Source: Octopus bimaculoides (taxonomy: Eukaryota). Taken from it: a DNA stretch of 56,923 bases. The stretch spans positions 143,360,076-143,416,998 of the forward strand of contig NC_068984.1 of assembly GCF_001194135.2 (NCBI RefSeq). The letters run 5' to 3'. The notes below the pieces were generated by a model, which was given only the letters and a program-made list of their open reading frames with translations, did not search any database and was not told the origin of the DNA. Made by a program: the position numbers and the translations under genes. Positions 12,981 through 25,530 of the stretch are shown here, in pieces. The first letter of the stretch is position 1, and every line of letters starts with the position of its first letter.

Positions 12981-13024
<44 letters not shown>

Positions 13025-14662
13025 NNNNNNNNNNNNNNNNNNNNNNNNNNNNNNNNNNNNNNNNNNNNNNNNNNNNNNNNNNNNNNNNNNNNNNNNNNNN
13101 NNNNNNNNNNNNNNNNNNNNNNNNNNNNNNNNNNNNNNNNNNNNNNNNNNNNNNNNNNNNNNNNNNNNNNNNNNNNNNNNNNNNNNNNNNNNNNNNNNNN
13201 NNNNNNNNNNNNNNNNNNNNNNNNNNNNNNNNNNNNNNNNNNNNNNNNNNNNNNNNNNNNNNNNNNNNNNNNNNNNNNNNNNNNNNNNNNNNNNNNNNNN
13301 NNNNNNNNNNNNNNNNNNNNNNNNNNNNNNNNNNNNNNNNNNNNNNNNNNNNNNNNNNNNNNNNNNNNNNNNNNNNNNNNNNNNNNNNNNNNNNNNNNNN
13401 NNNNNNNNNNNNNNNNNNNNNNNNNNNNNNNNNNNNNNNNNNNNNNNNNNNNNNNNNNNNNNNNNNNNNNNNNNNNNNNNNNNNNNNNNNNNNNNNNNNN
13501 NNNNNNNNNNNNNNNNNNNNNNNNNNNNNNNNNNNNNNNNNNNNNNNNNNNNNNNNNNNNNNNNNNNNNNNNNNNNNNNNNNNNNNNNNNNNNNNNNNNN
13601 NNNNNNNNNNNNNNNNNNNNNNNNNNNNNNNNNNNNNNNNNNNNNNNNNNNNNNNTATATATATATATATATATATGGCAAGAAGTAAATGGATGGAATC
13701 CAGAGGTAGTATTCAGCAGTTGTTAGACATTATATTATGTCTATTTATTTATTTTAACAGTTCAGAAATTATATGAATGCATGGGTAAAGTATTAATAAT
13801 TTCTAGAATAGAGAAAGAAGAACAGAAATTACTAATACTTTAACATGTATTCATATATTATCTGAACTGTTTTAGATAAATAAATAGACATAATATAATG
13901 TTTAACAGTTGATGCATACTACCTCTGGATCCTCTCCATTTTCTTCTTGCCGNNNNNNNNNNAGTTGATGCATACTACCTCTGGATCCTCTCCATTTTCT
14001 TCTTGCCGTATAAATAAAGGGTAAAACCACTTTTTACCCTCACCCATTTATTACATTCAGTAGTGTAATTGTCATGCAATGAAAAAAACACTTGTGTATT
14101 AATAATTGGGTATTCTACCAGCAGTATATTGGATAGATACTATCCCTTAGCTGGTTGGATTCACAACCTCTAACTCTCTTGGAATCATATATATATATAT
14201 ATACAAACTCCATTAACACTTAAAAAAACGAACTCGTTGGACAGACACAGAAGGAACCTAATTCTTGATCAGTTATCAACCGAAATGTTAATACTCAGTT
14301 TTGTAGTATTTAATGCATTTTTTTATTTATTGAGTAACTGAATGCCACGCATCCCGACTTTTATTAACAGTACGTTTTTGCATATATGTATGCATGCATA
14401 GATAGATCGATTTCCCTTATACATAGCAATATAAAAAAAACAATTATTAGAATCCAATATCACATGCTTTAGACTAAAGAATTCGGGAGCACAGTTGTAC
14501 AGAGCGTTATATGAAATTAAATAAACGACAAAAGAACAGGAGTCACGTAATCACATTCAATATCTTACAGCTGTTTCTGCTATAAATGTCCGTGCACTCA
14601 TATACATACATATATATATATATATATGTAAATGTACATATATGAGGTGTGTCTAAATATAT

Positions 14663-14831
14663 ATTCTTTTATTCTTTTACTTGTTTCAATAGGACTTATC
14701 CTTTGTAAGCCTAGTACTTATTCTGTCGGTGCCTTTTGCCTAACCTTTAAATTTTGAGGTCGTAAACAAACTAACATCGGTTGTCCAGCGATGGGGGGTG
14801 GCCAAACACAGACACACAAATACATTAGTAC

Positions 14832-14864
<33 letters not shown>

Positions 14865-15003
14865 AATATACGACGGGCTTCTCTCAGTTTCCGTTTACCA
14901 AATCCCCTCATATGGCTTTGGTCGGCCTGAAGCTATAGTAGAAGATACTTGCCCAAGGTACCATGCAGTGGGCCTGAACCCAGAACAATGTGGTTGGGAA
15001 GCA
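14663..15003 (-). mobile_element. SINE family A, lacking the extreme 5' end and part of the 3' body
   Basis: cttttacttgtttca, tagtacttattct, tacgacgggcttct, gaagatacttgcccaaggt. Confidence 0.85.
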
Positions 15004-15290
15004 GTGTGTATTTATGTATGTATGTATGTATGTCTGCATGCATATTGTTCCAGCCTACCAAACGTATATACATTTTAATTTTGGTCCTTCCTCCATTTTT
15101 CGACGAACGGGAAGGTAGAAAAAGCCTTGAGTGGGGATATTCTTCACTTCTATACTTTCTGACTTCTCTCTTTCCGCTGACGGAATATTTTGCTTAGGGA
15201 ACCTTTGCTCAATTCCTTGATGCACGTGCTTGGCTGTTCTTGAAAGAGCTCTACAGCCACTGTGTCTTCTTGTCATAACTACCCAGCACT

Positions 15291-15585
15291 ATTCTTTTAT
15301 TCTGTTACTTCTTGTTTCACTCATTTGACTGCGGCCATGTTGGATCACTGCCTTTAGTCTAACAAATCGACCCCAGGACTTTAATCTTTGTAAGCTTAGT
15401 ACTTATTCTATCGGTTTTTTTTGCCGAACTGCTAGTTTTCAGAGACGTAAACACGCCAAGATCGATTGTCAAGCGATGGCTGGAGGACAAACACAGACAC
15501 ACAAGTGCATACATTCATACATACATACATACATACATACATACACACATATGTTTGTGACTTACCACACAGCCACGCCTGCGTC
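15291..15585 (-). mobile_element. SINE family A with internal deletion
   Basis: 3' body matches 39700-39890. The internal (CATA)n is joined directly to head cttaccacacagccacgcctgcg. Confidence 0.85.
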
Positions 15586-15632
15586 TAGGCTTATATTATC
15601 CATTTTATTTTCATTTGTAACGTGTGTGTGTG

Positions 15633-15671
<39 letters not shown>

Positions 15672-16126
15672 GTGTGCGTGAGCATACATGTGAGTGTGCG
15701 TGTGTATAAGATTGGTATACATCTCGCCACTGGTATGAAACCATCGTGTCAGCCTTGCAGGAGCCTCTACTTGATCTAGCTCGCTCTAAATAGCAGCCAA
15801 ACACCTGAATCACTTGCCACTTTATTTTTTTTTCAAAAACGGATACATTAAGCTTCAGAAAGAATATGGCCGAAAAATAGAGACAAGATAGCTAAAGCAG
15901 GGATGCGTTTCATCATAGGTCAGCTGAATCGGTGACGATCTCGGTTCAACCAAAAACAACAATAGTAATATCAATAACAACAAAAACGGTTGGGTTATTT
16001 TTGTCTCATAATAATCGGACAAACATATTTACAAGAGTAAAACATCTGGTTATTCTCTTTCTCTTCTTTCTTCCCTCCCTCCTCCCCTCTCACTTTATCC
16101 TCTGCCTCTTTCTCTATGTTTCCCTC

Positions 16127-16162
<36 letters not shown>

Positions 16163-16255
16163 TTTCTCCTCCGGTTGCCAACTGAGCTACATCCATTGCG
16201 CTGACATCCGACCATGCAATGAATCATTTGCGTATGGTATGCATCCTTGTACCTC

Positions 16256-16289
<34 letters not shown>

Positions 16290-16454
16290 TAAGGGGGGGG
16301 GGGTTGAGGTGTGGGGCGGAAGTGTTTGATTGGTTATTAATAACCAACGTGGAAGGCTGCTGAACGCAACATCCATAGACGCACTGTTTTTCACCATAGA
16401 CCTGACCGGACCATCTGCTTGGCCCGACGGGATTTGCAACCAGCAAATGCTCCG

Positions 16455-16480
16455 ATGCTACTACTACTACTACTACTACA

Positions 16481-16524
<44 letters not shown>

Positions 16525-17160
16525 CACTAACCATTGCTGCTGTTCTTAAACTTTGCGGAGTTCGCAAAAGGTGGTATTAGATTATTTTACAGCAGCAGCA
16601 GCAGTAGCAGCAGCAGTAGCAGCAGCAGCAGTAGTAGTAGTAGTAGTAGCATTAGTAGTAGTAGTCGTGGTGGAAGGATGGGTGTGTGGGTGGGTGTTTG
16701 TTATTGATGGATCTCTATTCTTGCTTGCCTCGCTTTCGGCTAATTATCTTTAATGACTGCTGCAATTAATACGAAAGCAGAACATGATGATGATGACGAT
16801 GGTAGTGGTGATGATGATGATTATGATGATGATGGTGGTGGTGGTGATGACGTCGATAACGATGAGACGTCGATGATGATGACAATGATGACGCGGCAAA
16901 TGATGTTTTAATCTGTAAAAAAAATATAATCATTTGATGTTTTTTTTTTTTTTTTTCTTAATTTCAAGTAAATACTTTTTCCGTCTCAAATTTTTCTGGG
17001 ATAGGATGACAAAGATGGCGGCAGTGGTGGTCGAGGTGGTGGTGATGGTGGTGGTGGTGGTGGTGGTGGTGGTGGTGGTGGTGGTGGTGGTGGTGGTTGT
17101 GGCGGCGACAACGGTGATGAATGTGATGACGGTGATGACGGTGGTGCCGGTGGGTGGGGA
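16455..17160. repeat. Compound trinucleotide arrays (CTA)n, (CAG/TAG)n, (GAT)n, (GGT)n
   Basis: Direct reading. Confidence 0.9.
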
Positions 17161-17311
17161 CGTCGTGAGTGTTAGAGGTAGATGGGGATGGAGGTGTATT
17201 GATGAATTCGAAACTGTTTTTTTTCTGTCTCTCTCTCTCTTACTTTGAGTAATCAACGCCGCTTTTGTGTGAGTGTGAGTGAGGAGACGTGATTATGTCC
17301 TACCAAACAGC

Positions 17312-17346
17312 TGACCTCACATGACCTCGCTATCAACTCTATAAAA
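17312..17346 (+). promoter_or_regulatory. Perfect nuclear-receptor DR4 (TGACCT-caca-TGACCT) followed by TATAAAA
   Basis: DR4 at 17312-17327, TATAAAA at 17340-17346, overlapping E-box CAGCTG at 17308-17313. Function unproven. Confidence 0.3.
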
Positions 17347-17519
17347 CAAGGTTAAACGGCAATAAAACCGCGCCATATTGTCAAATAATTTAGAAGCAAT
17401 TAATTTCTTTTTTAATGGAATAATGATCTCTATTCACGAAACTCACATTATAGATATTGTTATAAGGATGGCGTTATAGTACATTTGTTGTTGTTGTTGT
17501 TGTTTTCGAAGCTGCTCTT

Positions 17520-17630
17520 GGAGTAGCAGCAGCAGCAGCAGTAGTAGTAGTCGTAGTAGCTAGTCATAGTAGCAGCAGTAGTAGCAGCAGCAGTAGTAGT
17601 AGTAGCAGAAATAGTAGTAGTAGTAGCAGC

Positions 17631-17671
<41 letters not shown>

Positions 17672-17715
17672 CGGCAGCAGTATTAGTAGTATTAGTTGTT
17701 TTTGTTGTTGTTTAC
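17520..17715. repeat. (TAG/CAG)n array
   Basis: Direct reading. Confidence 0.9.
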
Positions 17716-19149
17716 CCACAGCTTAGCTATGGCTGAAAGTGACTCAGTACGAGTGTTTGACCCTGGTATCATATCCCCACAGAGGTTTCTCCACATCAGA
17801 ATGGAATACAAACCATAACATGATTACTTGCAATGATGATGATGATGATGATTGTAGTGATGATGATGATGATGATTTTATCATTAGAATATACAGTGAT
17901 TAAGCAAGCATAGGTGGTTTTGTCATAACCACCCCTATCTAACACGAGGGTATCTAAAATTGCCTAGTGTGACGTTTAGTTTACTTTTAAGACTTTAGGG
18001 TATGATTCGAGGGCATCAGAAGGTACAACTAGATACAGGATCCGAATTGTTTCGTATTTAGGAAGTTTGTTTTGGGAATATTGCCCTAGATTTTGGCGTC
18101 CAAACATTGTTTCCTGACTTCATATACTGTGATAATCATTGAAAGGCTGACTGGACCAACAGCTCTTGTAATTCTAATTTTCCTTCAAATCCGCCATACT
18201 TCATACCGCTTCAACTCATTCAACCAAGAATGCTGATGCTCAGAAATTAATTCATTTTCAAAACAGACAGAATCATTAGCGCATTGGAATCGTTAGCGCA
18301 TTGGAATCGTTAGCACTTTGCTATATTTCTTATATTTTAAGTTCTAACCGCACCAAATCCAACCTTTTTTTTTTATAAAGTACCAGTCAAGTACTGTCTC
18401 AATTGAATTCACTAATACCTTTGTGCCTTTGTAAGAAATCTCTATTTTGATTGGTGGAGAAGAGTGATGGTTAAACATAACTGATAGTGTGTAAAACGAA
18501 TTAAAACATCTTGAGGCATTTAATTATGTTTCTATATTTCAAGCTCACATCCCAGAAATAGACTTGAAATGTTGTCTCCCAACGTCTATGAAATAACATA
18601 TTTCGACCCCCAAATATTGGATCGAGATAATCAGCTGTAACAACCCCCATACTCGCTTACAAAATCTATGGCTGTACGCCTAGATTAGAAATAAATCTTG
18701 AAGGAAGAGTGGCATAAAACCACGACTTTCTTAAGGCAATCACGAGGTCAATGTGGTTGGTGAGTTTGGACATCTGTAGGATGGTACCTGTTTGGACAAA
18801 GAATCAGTTTCAACTCTTGTCATTCACTTCTGCTACAGTTCTGTACCATTAAGGTCGTACATCCAAGAAAGCCATTGTTTCCGAAGGCATATAAAAAATA
18901 TGACATCTGCCATAAAAACCGCTGCATTACTATTCAATTATCTTCTAAATATCTGTTATGAAATGCTAACACAATTTCCCATCCAAATTTACAGGGATAT
19001 CAATTAAAATACCTTGAAATTTAGATTTAAGGTTCCTGTCTCAAATCCTGAAAGATTTTAAGCAGTGAAGACTAATCTCAGAAAAAAACCGCTGATAACA
19101 TTTTTTCTCAAGAAAAATGTTTCGTTTTGCTTCCCCCTTAGAAACGTTT

Positions 19150-19375
19150 TGCCATCTTTAACTTGTTTCGGTCATTAGACTGCGGCCATGCAGGAGCACT
19201 GCTTTGGAGAAATTTTAGTCGAAGGAATAAACCCCAATACGTTTTTGTTTTTATGTTACGCCTGGTACTTATTGTATCGGTCGCTTATGCTCAGCTGCTA
19301 ATTTACGAGGATGTGAACACACCAGCATCAATTGTAAAACAGTGGTGGTGGACAAACACAGACGCAAAGATACAG
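19150..19375 (-). mobile_element. SINE family A 3' half running into a gap
   Basis: aacttgtttcggtca, gcggccatg, tggtacttattgtatcggtc, ggacaaacacagac. Confidence 0.75.
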
Positions 19376-19990
19376 NNNNNNNNNNNNNNNNNNNNNNNNN
19401 NNNNNNNNNNNNNNNNNNNNNNNNNNNNNNNNNNNNNNNNNNNNNNNNNNNNNNNNNNNNNNNNNNNNNNNNNNNNNNNNNNNNNNNNNNNNNNNNNNNN
19501 NNNNNNNNNNNNNNNNNNNNNNNNNNNNNNNNNNNNNNNNNNNNNNNNNNNNNNNNNNNNNNNNNNNNNNNNNNNNNNNNNNNNNNNNNNNNNNNNNNNN
19601 NNNNNNNNNNNNNNNNNNNNNNNNNNNNNNNNNNNNNNNNNNNNNNNNNNNNNNNNNNNNNNNNNNNNNNNNNNNNNNNNNNNNNNNNNNNNNNNNNNNN
19701 NNNNNNNNNNNNNNNNNNNNNNNNNNNNNNNNNNNNNNNNNNNNNNNNNNNNNNNNNNNNNNNNNNNNNNNNNNNNNNNNNNTGTGGAAGGACCGGAAGA
19801 GAAGGTGGTGGAGGAAAAGTTCTTTCTAAGACAGGAGAGTGAAAAAGGGAGGTGAATATGTGTACGTGCGTGAGGGTCTGCAAGTGTGTGTGTAATAACA
19901 GAACGTGTGTGTGCGTATGTATGTGAGTGTGTGTGTGTGTGTGTGTGCGTGGTTTGGTGGTTTATCTGTTAGTGTGTATGTGTGTGTTTC

Positions 19991-20096
19991 ACACGACGAG
20001 CTCTTTTCACACTTTGCCAAGGTGCCACGCAGTGGAACTGAACCCGGAATCATGTGGTTAGGAAACAAACTTCTTGCCACACAGCTACACCTGCGC
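19991..20096 (-). mobile_element. SINE family A head fragment
   Basis: ccaaggtgccacgcagtggaactgaacccggaatcatgtgg and ccacacagctacacctgcgc. Confidence 0.8.
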
Positions 20097-20897
20097 TTCT
20101 AGTCTTTATGGGTCACGTGTTTGAACTCAAACTCTGCATCATTCAAGCTTTGCTTTAAGCAATTATATTTTGTGAATATTTATTTCAGTTTAGTTTCTGA
20201 ATTAAATGGTGAGATCTTTGAAGCCATTAACGCTAATACTACTCGACTGGTATTATATGTTGTGTATAAACATTTGTTATAAAATGTTTAAAGAATATCT
20301 GGTATGGCTGTACTAAACGATTGTTGATCCGATGTGTAGAGGTAACTGAAGAAATTCAGCAGGAAAATTATAAAAATGTACAACAGAAATTATAAGAAAA
20401 TTGGACAATTATATAACATATAACTGATGTTTTAGACAAAATGGTCGCATTAGCATTAAGATACAAGTGTTTAGAGGTGATAGCTGAAGAGTTAAGTCAT
20501 ATGGTTTGATATCAGTTTTTCGAGACAAGTGTTTGGTGAAGAAATTAGGTAAGAGCATTGCATCGGCTGGACTTGGTTGGGGTGGAATACACTTAACTGA
20601 TTCAAAGGAGCAAAGGCTGTAGTAGAATAAAAAAGAAAAACAGAGACAAGAACAGAATGGGTGAGATTGTGTCTGTTGTGCCGTTGGTGAATAAGTATTT
20701 ATCAATGAGCGAATATGTGTCCTAAATACAAGTTTCCAGAACAACTAAATAACTGGTGGCTTTATAATATTCACATTAATTATATTCTTCTGTGATAACA
20801 TTAATAATTATTCGCTGAATATTTTTGAATATGCAGTTCATTAGTCTTAATTGTGAATTTTAATTATATTTTGCAGTGAGCTTGAAATATGTGAAGG

Positions 20898-20957
20898 ATG
20901 GCAAAACTGGAAGATTTCTCGAAAATTCAAAGAATTGTTACCTGGTTAAAATCTGAG
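20898..20957 (+). CDS. Candidate first coding exon (exon 20877-20957) encoding MAKLEDFSKIQRIVTWLKSE; product unknown
   Basis: Acceptor ttttaattatattttgcag| and donor GAG|gtatgt (phase 0). ATG in strong context aggATGG (A at -3, G at +4) and open to the donor. The other two frames are closed. No protein family recognised. Confidence 0.5.
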
Positions 20958-21085
20958 GTATGTATTGTATTATTAACTCTCTTTCTCTTATTCTTCCTCT
21001 CTCTTCTCTTTCTCTCACACACACATACACATACTCACACATAAGCACTTATGCACACGTACATGCACGCCAATACATACATATA

Positions 21086-21379
21086 GAGTAATCCTTCACC
21101 ATATCGCGGTTCACCTATCGCGGTTCACCTATCGCGGTTCACCTATCGCGGTTCACCTATCGCGGTTCACCTATCGCGGTTCACCTATTGCGGTTTATTA
21201 TTTAAGCTTACGTCGATTCCTCCATGATGTTGTTTTGAATTTATAATAAAACAAACATGTACAAATAATAAAAATAATTTTAAAAATATATATAGTACAG
21301 AACTGTTTCTACTTCGCAGATTTTCACCTATCGCGCAGGGTTTTGGAAAGTATCTCTCGCGGTAGTCGAGGGATTACTG
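21086..21379. mobile_element. pogo/Tigger-like (Tc1/mariner superfamily) MITE, copy 1, with 14-bp tandem expansion
   Basis: TA flanks on both sides and ends gagtaatcc / gggattactg. It is the reverse-oriented homolog of 31794-32018. Confidence 0.8.
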
Positions 21380-22236
21380 TACACGAACTCACACATATAT
21401 AGACGCCTTCATAGCCACATATGCGCATGCATGTAGACACAATAGACAAGCATACGCATAGACTCACAGACACACAGACAGAACGATAAGAGTTTGAAGC
21501 CAAAATACGTTTCGTTGCTGAACACCACCACCACCACCAGCTGGTCTTTGGGTGAATTTTCCAGTATTCCTTCCGGTGCAAGTATTCCAACGGAATCATC
21601 GCTTCTGTATTGCCAAACCACAACACACGTTTATCCAGCGGACATTTTCCCTTCAGACATTCTTACCATTCTTTTGATGCAGATTTGTGTGGTTTAGTCG
21701 CACCAACTGGTCACAAAGGGCTGCACCGTAGACCACTCCTATACAAATATTCAGACGAAGACTTCGTTCTGAGTATAATGGGTCATCGTGACGTGCTACT
21801 TCCTGTCTCAATAACCTATGAGTCATAGATCCCTTTATAGGTTGCACCCCGTCTCTAGTGTTCGAGGCTCTAATTAAATATGTCATAGACACTGTCCACC
21901 CCATTTTTTTTCTTTTTTTTTTTAACAAAACAGCTACAAACACAGATACATACTTAGACAGATGCACGCGACGAATATATGCACACATATAACAAAAATT
22001 TATATCAAATGTATACATACATACATACATTATATATATATATAATACAGAATGGGACAAGGACGCAAAACATCCAGACAGTTCGGTGATACAAGAAAGG
22101 GACAAAACATCCAAACAGACGATACAAAGAAAACACGGACAGGTCATTCAGAGTTTTCTTTCTTCAGTCGAGTTCCAGATTATCCTTGCAATTTCGGCCG
22201 TATGTGTGTGTGTTTCTTATTTTGTGAAGTGGGTAG

Positions 22237-22304
<68 letters not shown>

Positions 22305-22999
22305 GTCTGTATATCTGCTATGTGTGTTTGTTTCACAACTACTGACGATCGCAACCCATCTACGCAGATACAAACGTGTAACCGTGGTTATATATTTAAT
22401 TAAACAGCAAACACAGAAGATAAACTAGAAGGCCTCAGGAAAGTAGTTTATGGTCTGAATCGTCTGCAATCAGTTTGTATTGAATAACTTGCTGTGACGT
22501 CAGAGTCTTATTCAATTTGGCCAAATTCAATTACAGAAGTTAGATTCACGCACAAATATGTGAACAGATATGTTCGTATATACACCTGCTTACACGAAAT
22601 GTATATACCAACATATACATACATACATACATGCATAAAATACATGCATTTATACATACATACATACAGGCATCCATATATATGCGCGCGCTTCTGTGCA
22701 CATGTGAGCAAAAAATTTCAGAGATCAATAAACGCGGTCATCGTCTGAGACGGTAACAATTATTCCAGGGTAGTTCGTGAATTTTGGATAAGATGATGCG
22801 ATGAAAAGAAAAAAGAATTTATTATTTCGGAGTTGGTTTCTTTTTTTGTTTTTGTCTAAGAGAAAGAACATATTTCTTATTTCTATATACCCGTATTTTT
22901 TATGATACATACGTCCATCTACATGTTTTTATATGTTTTTATCTCTATCTATCGATCTATCTATCTATCTATCTATCTATCTATTTATCTCTATCTCTG

Positions 23000-23042
<43 letters not shown>

Positions 23043-23663
23043 NNNNNNNNNNNNNNNNNNNNNNNNNNNNNNNNNNNNNNNNNNNNNNNNNNNNNNNNNN
23101 NNNNNNNNNNNNNNNNNNNNNNNNNNNNNNNNNNNNNNNNNNNNNNNNNNNNNNNNNNNNNNNNNNNNNNNNNNNNNNNNNNNNNNNNNNNNNNNNNNNN
23201 NNNNNNNNNNNNNNNNNNNNNNNNNNNNNNNNNNNNNNNNNNNNNNNNNNNNNNNNNNNNNNNNNNNNNNNNNNNNNNNNNNNNNNNNNNNNNNNNNNNN
23301 NNNNNNNNNNNNNNNNNNNNNNNNNNNNNNNNNNNNNNNNNNNNNNNNNNNNNNNNNNNNNNNNNNNNNNNNNNNNNNNNNNNNNNNNNNNNNNNNNNNN
23401 NNNNNNNNNNNNNNNNNNNNNNNNNNNNNNNNNNNNNNNNNNNNNNNNNNNNNNNNNNNNNNNNNNNNNNNNNNNNNNNNNNNNNNNNNNNNNNNNNNNN
23501 NNNNNNNNNNNNNNNNNNNNNNNNNNNNNNNNNNNNNNNNNNNNNNNNNNNNNNNNNNNNNNNNNNNNNNNNNNNNNNNNNNNNNNNNNNNNNNNNNNNN
23601 NNNNNNNNNNNNNNNNNNNNNNNNNNNNNNNNNNNNNNNNNNNNNNNNNNNNNNNNNNNNNNN

Positions 23664-23706
<43 letters not shown>

Positions 23707-25311
23707 ATATTCCGTTACATTCAAATCAAAATGCCAAAAGATGTATTTCTACACGCGCGCAAGTGTGCGTGTGCCGTGTGCAAGGCGTTCTCTTATCGAA
23801 TAATAAGACCCTCATATAATATACACATATGTGTGTGCACACACGCATACAAAATTTGCGCACACACGTATACACACAAACACACACGCTCATATATATA
23901 TATATATATATGCAAATACACACATTCGCAGCTGTTCTTTTGCAATGCATATTTTTATCAAGGTCCTTTTCGTAATATTTTTTTGAATTTCTTGCATCAA
24001 GGATCTCAAATCCACCATTATCTCCCGTAGACCTTCCAGGTCTCATCTTATGCATGAAGTGCTGTTGAAGTGTATTGCCGCTACTTCATAGTAAGCAGGT
24101 TGAATACAAACGTCGTTGACTTTACCATCGAAATGTGAATGGTTGACATCCGTCAGCTGTATATTTCTGTCTGTGATTAGTTTGTTTGTTTTGTTTTTCT
24201 ATGTTTGATTTAGTTTAGTGCTTTCCTATGAGTGGCTATTGTGTCCATCATTATTTGTATATTGTTGCCAGGAATTCTAAAGAGTATAGATGTATTTTTT
24301 ACTAACGTTTTCCTACATAATCTCTTTGTGTTGTGTGATGGACGAATAGTAATTGTTTCGCCTTGAAAGTACATTACATGAATGGAAATTTAACGTCAAC
24401 TTTACTTTCGTGAGCAAACTAACCAGGAAAGGACTAGCTTCCTATACCAGGAGATATTTGTTACTTAACTCTTTCAAACAGAAATGTGGAGATGAGTACA
24501 GGAATCATGAACTTTTGTAATTCGGAAAGTGATTGTATCATCTTATTATTGGATAAGATACCTCGATTTGCACCTGTAATCCAATCTAATCTAATTCCCA
24601 TTTCTCTCTTCTTTCTTTTTTCACGTTTGATTTTGTTTCCCTGTCCAGCCCCACCCCACCTACCAATCCCTTCCTTTATTCCAAATTCTCTGGATTTAAT
24701 TACTCATCAATGATGTTGTTGTTTTTTTTTGTTCTGAGGCGGTTCAAACAAAACATAAACCACATCGATGCCATGTATTTAAGGCACCCTGTGAAAGTCA
24801 TAAGCACTATGACTTCCCTCTGACCAAACTTTGGGGAAAGAAATTACCGTGCCATCATGAAATGCATAGAAGCATCTACATGGTTGCTGGAATTCCTAAA
24901 GTCACCAACCATATTTTCCTGAAATCATAACATACCTCCTTAAAAATGAAGGTCACATTAGATAATGAAACGTCAAACGCGTTTATAACGACGAGATGGT
25001 CACGGCTAGAATGCATTCGATTACAATTCTCCTTGATCACCATTGATCTGGAATTAATCAGTAACAACAACAACAACAACAACGCCAACAATGAAAAGCA
25101 TTGTATCATACTCTATAGCAAAGTCTACAAAAATGATGATTCTCTTGGGTGAAATAAGCACCAGAGATGCTTTGCCTCACGCAGAAACTGTAGGAAATAC
25201 TCAGATGTTTTGAAAGCTTTTTCTAAATTCATTGCAATGCTGGAAAACCCTGTGTGTCATCAATAGGTATCTCGGGGTATTTCTCTCCTTAGCCTGTACA
25301 CTTCACCTTAG

Positions 25312-25530
25312 TGGGGCAGCGAGGACTGAGTTATTCTTCACTTACGGAAGGGTTCCACTTGCTGCCCTTTATCAACCACGGCCACCTTGAGCTAGATTTA
25401 ACTGCTGTACCAAATTCCTTGACGGCTTTCTTTAGTTTTTCTGAGTTCCAGGTCTATCTTCTGTGGGGCAACGAGGACAGTTATTCTTCACTTACGGAAG
25501 GGTCTCACTTGCTGTCCTTTATCAACCACT
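25312..25530 (+). repeat. Local ~67-69-bp direct repeat (25312-25380 and 25464-25530)
   Basis: Both copies read tggggca(g/a)cgaggac..gttattcttcacttacggaaggg..cacttgctg(c/t)cctttatcaaccac. Confidence 0.9.

Noticed and set aside
21096-21194. CRISPR-like regular repeat
   Set aside because: Head-to-tail 14-mers with no spacers, inside a MITE, in a eukaryotic context.
24848-24918. Minus-strand exon candidate (ENMVGDFRNSSNHVDASMHFMMAR)
   Set aside because: Splice signals are plausible, but there is no recognisable peptide and no phase-compatible neighbour. Expected by chance in 57 kb.
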